Of a stretch of 10,152 bases of DNA, positions 1-5,447 are shown piece by piece. The position numbers and the translations under genes were made by a program. The notes beneath the pieces were generated by a model. That model was not told the DNA's origin. It saw only the letters and a list, made by a program, of their open reading frames with translations, and made no database searches. Where the stretch lies: IMG/VR virus record IMGVR_UViG_2534681939_000019; one strand, 5' to 3'. Position 1 is the first letter of the stretch; every line of letters begins with the position of its first letter. The DNA comes from a virus (taxonomy: Duplodnaviria > Heunggongvirae > Uroviricota > Caudoviricetes).

Positions 1-357
1 GTTCCTGATGGTGTGGCGATGACGGGTACCGGTAATCCGTTCCTGATGTCGTACTTCACTCAGACCACTGACGGCAGAGTGAATCTGATGCATCACAGGA
101 AAGCCGGAAACACGAAGCTGGGGGAGTTCGGCGATTACGGTAACGACTGGCAGACGCTGGAGCTGGTGTTCACCGCCGGCAGTGCCACGGTTACTCCGAA
201 ACTGAATGGAGTGGCTGGCCCGGCATTCCAGGTTATAAAAGACAGTATGACACTGGGACTGAATGCGCTGACGCTGACGGATGTTACAAAAAATGCAGCG
301 TATGGCGTTGAGATAGAAAGTCTGGTGCTGGAGATAAATGCACCGGCATCATCATAA
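1..357 (+). CDS. 3' end of an ORF that continues upstream of the window; unknown function, Thr/Gly/Asn-rich C-terminal domain
   Basis: Frame is open from nt 1 (VPDGVAMTGTGNPF...) to TAA at 355-357, so the gene is 5'-truncated by the window edge. No motif recognised. Confidence 0.4.
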   Translation, partial: VPDGVAMTGTGNPFLMSYFTQTTDGRVNLMHHRKAGNTKLGEFGDYGNDWQTLELVFTAGSATVTPKLNGVAGPAFQVIKDSMTLGLNALTLTDVTKNAAYGVEIESLVLEINAPASS

Positions 358-440
358 AAAGTGAGCCAGTCAAATGGAAGGTATCGTTAAACTCACCGGT
401 AGTGTCAGTGGGTCGTCTGAGACGCCTGCATGAGTTATCA

Positions 441-471
441 GAGCCATCAGTAGTTAACTGGTGGCTTTTTT
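441..471 (+). terminator. Rho-independent terminator-like hairpin just upstream of the holin gene (tR'-like position)
   Basis: Stem GCCATCAG (443-450) pairs with CTGGTGGC (458-465) with one G-U pair, 7-nt loop TAGTTAA, followed by TTTTTT (466-471); sits 36 nt before the holin ATG. Confidence 0.5.
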
Positions 472-506
472 ATTGTTGTCAGCTTCCGGATAACGGGAGA
501 CGGGGT

Positions 507-721
507 ATGTACCAGATGGAAAAAATCACAACGGGTGTGTCATACACCACGTCAGCGTGGGGACGGGATACTGGTTACTGCAGCTGCTGGACAAAGTCTC
601 TCCGTCCCAGTGGGTGGCGATAGGTGTGCTGGGGAGTCTGCTGTTTGGGCTGCTGACATATCTGACGAACCTGTATTTCAAGATTAAAGAAGACCGGCGT
701 AAGGCGGCGCGGGGAGAGTAA
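507..721 (+). pseudogene. S: Class II pinholin S (phage 21 S-like), reading frame disrupted by an apparent 1-bp deletion near 557
   Basis: From ATG 507 the frame gives [17 protein letters not shown] then runs to TAG 621-623; the -1 frame from 557 gives [54 protein letters not shown] ending TAA 719-721. Joined, this matches the phage 21 pinholin as recalled from memory. Dual-start MYQM motif. Confidence 0.8.
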
Positions 722-722
722 A

Positions 723-1070
723 GTGATGAAGAAAAAATACGAACTGGTTGTTAAAGGGATAAATAATTACCCGGATAAGATTACTGTTACTGTGGCACTG
801 GAAATTGGTGGGTATCCGTCACTGTTGTTGCCAGATGTGGCGATTAGTCTTGACCGTACTGAAGGTGCCACGCTGGAGTTTTACGAAGCTGAGGCGAAAA
901 AGCAGGCGAAGCAGTTTTTCATGGATGTTGCTGCCGGGTTATGTGAAGGGGATGGTCCGTTACCGGAAAAGCGTCCCGTAATTTTAGAGGCGCAGGATGT
1001 GTTGATAACCTACAGAGGAAAACTACCGGGAATAATTACGGGTTCTCTGAAGACTCCACCGCTGGCCTGA
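723..1070 (+). CDS. Hypothetical protein between holin and endolysin; possibly like the small DUF1327/YdfR-type proteins found at this position in lambdoid prophages
   Basis: 115-aa ORF with no hydrophobic segments; GTG 723 / ATG 726 immediately after the holin stop, with GGGGAGAG about 7 nt upstream of ATG 726. Family assignment is from memory and unverified. Confidence 0.55.
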   Translation: MMKKKYELVVKGINNYPDKITVTVALEIGGYPSLLLPDVAISLDRTEGATLEFYEAEAKKQAKQFFMDVAAGLCEGDGPLPEKRPVILEAQDVLITYRGKLPGIITGSLKTPPLA

Positions 1071-1120
1071 AGACTTAACATATCCAGGGATTTGAAATCG
1101 ATAAACCCTGATAAATATCC

Positions 1121-1655
1121 ATGAACGCAAAAATCAGATACGGCCTGTCGGCTGCCGTTCTGGCGCTGATTGCCGCAGGTGCGTCTGCGCCTGAAATCCT
1201 CGACCAGTTTCTGGATGAAAAGGAAGGTAACCACACCACAGCATACCGTGATGGTGCGGGTATCTGGACCATCTGCCGTGGAGCCACCCGGGTGGATGGT
1301 AAGCCTGTTATTCCTGGCATGAAGCTGTCGAAGGAAAAATGCGACCGGGTTAACGCCATTGAGCGTGATAAGGCGCTGGCATGGGTGGAGAAAAACATCA
1401 GAGTGCCACTGACCGAACCCCAGAAAGCGGGGATTGCGTCATTCTGTCCGTACAACATTGGCCCCGGTAAGTGTTTCCCGTCGACGTTTTACAGACGGAT
1501 TAATGCAGGAGATCGAAAAGGTGCCTGCGAAGCTATTACGCTGGTGGATTAAGGACGGTGGCAGGGACTGCCGTATTCGCTCAAATAACTGTTACGGTCA
1601 GGTATCCCGTCGTGACCAGGAGAGCGCGCTGGCGTGCTGGGGAATCGACAGATAA
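1121..1655 (+). pseudogene. R: SAR endolysin R (phage 21 R-like lysozyme), reading frame disrupted near 1538
   Basis: N-terminal signal-anchor-release segment (GLSAAVLALIAAGASA) then lysozyme core through GDRKGACEAI, after which this frame stops at 1550-1552 (TLVD*). The +1 frame continues RWWIKDGGRDCRIRSNNCYGQVSRRDQESALACWGIDR to TAA 1653-1655, matching the expected endolysin C-terminus. Confidence 0.8.
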
Positions 1656-1794
1656 GCAGAATATTTTGCTGAAAAATGAGGTTTGCTTACATGGATGGAT
1701 AACACGAAATCCTGCAAATTGGCAAAATGTAAGTGAATAAAGTCAAAACAGTTGTTTAACACTCAGGCACCGTAATGATGCCTTTGTCATTTCT

Positions 1795-1816
1795 GCGCAT
1801 CTCACGCGCATCTCAC
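1795..1816. repeat. Perfect tandem direct repeat, 2 x 11 bp (GCGCATCTCAC), in the intergenic region upstream of the antirepressor-like gene
   Basis: GCGCATCTCAC at 1795-1805 is repeated exactly at 1806-1816; lies about 110 bp upstream of ATG 1926. Confidence 0.6.
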
Positions 1817-1925
1817 AACACAGAACCTTTCAGGATGACCCTTGAGGATACCGGTTTGGCTGTCGGTGCCTTTCTGTGGGCTGGATTCCTGTGAGACAAG
1901 GTTCATCACTAAAAGGAAATAACCG

Positions 1926-2498
1926 ATGAATATGATGGCCGTGCCGTTTCACGGCAACTCTCTTTATGTAGTTAACCATAATGGCGAACCATACGTTCCC
2001 ATGAAACCTGTCGTTGCGGGGATGGGGCTGGCCTGGCAATCACAGTTGGCTAAGTTAAGACAGCGTTTTGCGTCAACTATAACGGAAATCGTTATGGTTG
2101 CTGAGGATGGGAAACAACGCAATATGGTGTCCATGCCACTTCGAAAACTTGCCGGCTGGCTACAAACCATTAATCCCAACAAAGTAAAACCCGAAATCCG
2201 CGATAAGGTCATCCGGTATCAGGAAGAGTGCGACGATGTTCTTTACGAGTACTGGACGAAGGGTTTTGTCGTTAATCCCCGTAAAATGAGCGTGATGGAA
2301 GAACTCAACCAGGCTTGTGCTGACATGAAACGGGATAAAAACATTGCCAGTGTGTTTGCTACCGGGCTGAATGAGTGGAAACAGGTTAAAGCCGCGCAAT
2401 GTATCAAAAAATCCGTAACGCTGGTAAATGAAGCGAATATGCTGATTGATTTTGTCCTGGCTGATACAGGCAAAGGGAAAATAACAAAGGCGGATTGA
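1926..2498 (+). CDS. Phage antirepressor-like protein (P22 Ant N-terminal-domain type)
   Basis: 190-aa ORF with SD AAGGAAAT 5 nt before the ATG; N-terminus VPFHGNSLYVVNHNGEPYVPMKPVVAGMGLAWQSQ ... PLRKLAGWLQTINPNKVKPEIRDKVIRYQEECDDVLYEYWTKG fits the antirepressor N-terminal domain pattern as recalled. Confidence 0.7.
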   Translation: MNMMAVPFHGNSLYVVNHNGEPYVPMKPVVAGMGLAWQSQLAKLRQRFASTITEIVMVAEDGKQRNMVSMPLRKLAGWLQTINPNKVKPEIRDKVIRYQEECDDVLYEYWTKGFVVNPRKMSVMEELNQACADMKRDKNIASVFATGLNEWKQVKAAQCIKKSVTLVNEANMLIDFVLADTGKGKITKAD

Positions 2499-2620
2499 TG
2501 GGGTGGCTAATGATATCAGATAAACTCATAACGCTGGTGAAGAGCCTCTGTGTACTTGTCGGCATTTCATTTTTAGTCATGCTGGTTGCCATTTTCTTTC
2601 CACCGCCTGGCGAGTCCTGA
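2498..2620 (+). CDS. Candidate small single-pass membrane protein (40 aa), translationally coupled to the antirepressor-like gene
   Basis: ATG 2498 overlaps the upstream TGA (ATGA); alternative ATG at 2510 in the same frame. Product MGWLMISDKLITLVKSLCVLVGISFLVMLVAIFFPPPGES has one hydrophobic helix; too short for the ORF track. Confidence 0.3.
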   Translation: MGWLMISDKLITLVKSLCVLVGISFLVMLVAIFFPPPGES

Positions 2621-2650
2621 CGTTATCGGGACTGGTGGGGTGAAAGAGAG

Positions 2651-3122
2651 ATGAACCGTGTTCTGTGTGTGGTGATTATTGTCATGGCGGTTGGACTGTG
2701 GTGCGCTGTGGCCTGGGCAACAAACCATTACCGTGACTACGCGCTCACCTACAAAGCGCAGCGCGATAAAAAAGCCAGAGAGACTGGAACAGGCGAATGC
2801 CACCATTACTGACATGCAGGTGCGCCAGCGTGATGTTGCTGCGCTCGATGCAAAATACTCGAGGGAATTAGCCGATGCGAGAGCTGAAAATGAAACTCTG
2901 CGTGCTGATGTTGCCGCTGGTCGTAAGCGCCTGCGGATCAACGCCACCTGCCCCGGTACCGTGCGTGAAGCCACCGGCACCTCCGGCGTGGGCAATGATG
3001 CCGCCGTCGAACTCTCTCCGGTTGCTGGACGAAACGTTCTCGGTATCAGAGACGGAATCATCAGCGACCAGGCAGCATTGAGAATGCTTCAGGAATATAT
3101 CCGCACTCAGTGTATTAACTAG
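2651..3122 (+). pseudogene. Rz: Rz i-spanin, reading frame disrupted by an apparent 1-bp insertion near 2783
   Basis: ATG 2651 gives MNRVLCVVIIVMAVGLWCAVAWATNHYRDYALTYKAQRDKKARE (transmembrane N-terminus, lambda Rz-like) then stops at 2810-2812. The +1 frame continues LEQANATITDMQVRQRDVAALDAKYSRELADARAENETLRADVAAGRKRL...EYIRTQCIN to TAG 3120-3122, matching lambda Rz. Confidence 0.8.
2875..3081 (+). CDS. Rz1: Rz1 o-spanin lipoprotein, embedded in the +1 frame of Rz
   Basis: MRELKMKLCVLMLPLVVSACGSTPPAPVPCVKPPAPPAWAMMPP: lipobox LVVSAC and proline-rich segment as in lambda Rz1; lies wholly inside Rz in the +1 frame. Confidence 0.7.
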   Translation: MRELKMKLCVLMLPLVVSACGSTPPAPVPCVKPPAPPAWAMMPPSNSLRLLDETFSVSETESSATRQH

Positions 3123-3146
3123 TATTTTTGTTATTCGGAGAATGCA

Positions 3147-3370
3147 TGAAGAAATTATTGGTAACCGTAAAGCCTTTTCAGGGAACAATTCCGTTCCGTA
3201 TTTTGCAGCGTGGTCGTGTTCTTGTTGAAGGTTCGTTCAGTGGTAAATGTACGCAATTACACTCCAGGACCTTTCAGGTGAATGCCACGAATGAAGAGCT
3301 AACCGTTGAGTGTACGATGAATGCCGCTAAATGCCGCATGGTATCCGCTGCATTACAGCCAGTGTGTTGA
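3147..3370 (+). CDS. Hypothetical small protein (74 aa)
   Basis: ATG 3147 (MKKLLVTVKPFQG...) has GGAGAA 6 nt upstream; it is the internal start of track ORF 3128..3370. No motif recognised and no signal peptide, so it is not Bor-like. Confidence 0.4.
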
Positions 3371-3726
3371 GCGACCTTATTATTCATGCGCGGTATTGTC
3401 GCCGTATTCCTGCATTAACAGAGACCGCAGCCCGACCGGGAGAATCCTCTGCGCGAGTGTGCGGGGATAATCAAAAACGATACACACCGGGGTTTACCGC
3501 GTTAACGGAGCGCGGCGTTGTCCCCTCATGGTCGCTGGTCCGGTGCGATGGTGGAAGAAGCCGGATGTTTATCACTATTAATTGATAACACAGAAATGGA
3601 TTCATTGGTTTTCAGCACGTTTTTGTATTCGTATTATTGAACATCTGTTTATTTTACTTTTAACATATTGATAATAAAAAGAGCTGTAAATCATTAGATG
3701 AGTCGATTTTGTCCGGGGAAGTTCAA

Positions 3727-3879
3727 ATGGATTTTATGCTGACGGTTTCTGGTGTGGTTATCCTGTCCATTGCTTATACTGCAGATAAATATGGCTGCCA
3801 TTTGTTATCACGTATTGGCGCTTATTGCTCGTTGATGCTGATTTCCTCGTCGCTTTTTTTGAGTAAGTTATATTAATTA
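3727..3879 (+). CDS. Candidate small hydrophobic protein (49 aa) inside an AT-rich island
   Basis: ATG 3727 with GGGGAAG 5 nt upstream; product MDFMLTVSGVVILSIAYTADKYGCHLLSRIGAYCSLMLISSSLFLSKLY has two hydrophobic stretches. Short and AT-rich, so it could be spurious. Confidence 0.25.
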
Positions 3880-4001
3880 TAACAAATAATTTTCTGTGTT
3901 TTTTCAGGCTATCCCGTCAGACGGGAAGCCTGTACTGCCGGGGGACGAATGGAAAACTGATGTGTCCGGTAAACTGTGTGTTCTTGTGAACACCATGTTA
4001 C

Positions 4002-4184
4002 TTAATTAATGTAATTCATACCCGAACGCTCTGTTGACAGCCTTCTTCTGCAGGCTTCAATAACCCACGCTGAAAAGTTACCGGAACCTTTATGTTCAAG
4101 GGCGATATTGATCTGTTCAATCATGTGATTGGGGAAACGGATATTGCGGATTGTGGTTCTGCGGGTCCGGTTTTTCGATGACAT
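4002..4184 (-). CDS. Small ribbon-helix-helix-like DNA-binding protein (YlcI/YnfO DUF3950-like)
   Basis: 60-aa minus-strand ORF MSSKNRTRRTTIRNIRFPNHMIEQINIALEHKGSGNFSAWVIEACRRRL...: basic N-terminus, a beta-strand-like RNIRF, then two helices. SD AGAGGAAAG lies just upstream of the ATG on the minus strand. Resemblance to K-12 prophage YlcI/YnfO is from memory. Confidence 0.6.
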   Translation of the reverse strand: MSSKNRTRRTTIRNIRFPNHMIEQINIALEHKGSGNFSAWVIEACRRRLSTERSGMNYIN

Positions 4185-4225
4185 TTTCTTTCCTCTGGTG
4201 ACAAGCTATATGGCGAGGATTTTAC

Positions 4226-4768
4226 ATGGCTGTGCTTCGTACGTTACCGGGCAGAATCAAAACTCTGAACACCCGGCGGATAAATGTCCTGAGGGGGGAA
4301 CAGCGTCGTGTCAGTGGCAGTGCCCGGGTTTCCCTCAAACGTCGTATCTGGCGGAGGGATGCCGGACACTGTTGTCTCTGTAGACGCGTGGTTGACCTTC
4401 GTGACAGTGAACTCGATCACCGCATTGCACTTCAGTTCGGTGGTGGTAATGAGGAGACGAACCTCTGGACCCTCTGTACTGAATGCCATCGCCAGAAGTC
4501 AGCGAGTGAAGCGGCGAGTGGTATGCCTGATCCGACGTTGCCTGAGCTTCCTGATGGCACGCTCAGGGCCGACGGAATCACTCGGCCTGTGACCACGACC
4601 CGGGGGGGGATCATCCGGCGAAAAAAAACGATCGCCCTGGACACCGCGCCCCCTCTCACGCAGAGAAAAAATTCCCGTTTCAGGGCAGTTAACATGTTAA
4701 CTGGCTGCCCGGGCATTTTTGCGGTTTTTATCTTTATTATTCAGTTTGTTGTGCGGAAAAAATGTTAA
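4226..4768 (+). CDS. HNH endonuclease (terminase-associated, HK97 gp74-like) with an unusually long C-terminal tail
   Basis: HNH motif HCCLCRRVVDLRDSELDHRIALQFGGGNEETNLWTLCTECHRQK; SD GAGGA 7 nt before ATG 4226; directly upstream of terS. The last 60-80 codons run through G8 and A8 homopolymers and into the palindrome array, so the true stop is uncertain. Confidence 0.75.
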   Translation: MAVLRTLPGRIKTLNTRRINVLRGEQRRVSGSARVSLKRRIWRRDAGHCCLCRRVVDLRDSELDHRIALQFGGGNEETNLWTLCTECHRQKSASEAASGMPDPTLPELPDGTLRADGITRPVTTTRGGIIRRKKTIALDTAPPLTQRKNSRFRAVNMLTGCPGIFAVFIFIIQFVVRKKC

Positions 4769-4814
4769 CAGGCTTTTTCAGCAAATGTTAACCAGGCAGC
4801 AGTTAACATTTGCG
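4683..4814. repeat. Array of GTTAAC-containing inverted repeats between HNH and terS; candidate cos / terminase recognition region
   Basis: Perfect 18-bp palindrome CAGTTAACATGTTAACTG at 4686-4703; AATGTTAACA at 4761-4770; 12-bp inverted arms GCAAATGTTAAC (4781-4792) and GTTAACATTTGC (4802-4813) around a 9-bp spacer. Five copies of ATGTTAAC-like half-sites lie within about 130 bp. Confidence 0.55.
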
Positions 4815-4883
4815 GCATGAGACGCCGGGAAAAATGGGCTGAACCATACCCGGCTGAGTGCGTTCTGGACCCGGGAGGAGGCT

Positions 4884-5447
4884 GTGCTGACAACGCAAAA
4901 ACGAAAATTTGCGCTGGCGCTCATGTCCGGGAAAAACAAAACAGCGTCAGCCATTGCCGCCGGTTATTCGGCGAAGACCGCCAGGGTTAAAGGCTCGCAG
5001 CTGGCAAAAGATCCTGAGGTGCTTGCGTTTATAGCCCGTAAACAATGCGAGACGGTGGAGGTGGATGAGGTTCCTGTTTACCGGCAGAAAAAATCAGAGC
5101 AGGAGGATAAACCCCGTCGCCGTGAGGCGGCTGCAATACCACAGCCGGACGAAAACAATCTGGAGATGCCACCGTCCGCGGTGATGTCTCCTGGTATTGA
5201 ATATATGGAGGATGGTCTTCCCGATCCGGTGAAAGCCATGGGGCGGATCCTGGTGGAAAACCTCTGCATTGATCCGAAACTGGCACTGGATGCGGCCTGG
5301 CGTCTGGCGCAGTTCACGCACCATAAAAAAGGGGATACCGGGAAAAAATCGGCAAAAGGTGATGCCGCGAAAAAAGCGGCTAACCGTTTTGCGGTGCCAC
5401 CGCCACCCCGACTGGTGGTGAATAACGATAATGAGGGCAACGGATGA
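4884..5447 (+). CDS. terS: Terminase small subunit (Terminase_2-like, N-terminal HTH)
   Basis: MLTTQKRKFALALMSGKNKTASAIAAGYSAKTARVKGSQLAKDPEVLAFI fits the TerS HTH pattern (AGYS.KTA...GS.L). GTG 4884 follows GGGAGGAGG (4873-4881); an in-frame ATG at 4833 is an alternative start without a good SD. Stop overlaps the terL start (ATGA at 5444-5447). Confidence 0.8.
   Translation: MLTTQKRKFALALMSGKNKTASAIAAGYSAKTARVKGSQLAKDPEVLAFIARKQCETVEVDEVPVYRQKKSEQEDKPRRREAAAIPQPDENNLEMPPSAVMSPGIEYMEDGLPDPVKAMGRILVENLCIDPKLALDAAWRLAQFTHHKKGDTGKKSAKGDAAKKAANRFAVPPPPRLVVNNDNEGNG

Noticed and set aside
1075-1458. 127-aa minus-strand ORF opposite the endolysin gene
   Set aside because: Antisense to the conserved lysozyme frame; no motif.
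2573-3061. 162-aa minus-strand ORF opposite Rz/Rz1
   Set aside because: Overlaps the conserved Rz and Rz1 frames entirely; Ser/Ala/Arg-rich antisense artefact.
3331-3585. 84-aa + strand ORF downstream of the 3147..3370 ORF
   Set aside because: No RBS, Arg/Cys-rich, not protein-like; more likely non-coding or a decayed remnant.
3128-4001. Looked for a bor-type lipoprotein gene on either strand downstream of Rz
   Set aside because: No ORF with a signal peptide and lipobox of the right size was found on either strand.
4244-4716. Several 80-95-aa ORFs on both strands overlapping the HNH gene
   Set aside because: All lie in alternative frames of the HNH coding region and have no motifs; the HNH frame carries the recognisable C-x2-C...H-N-H signature.
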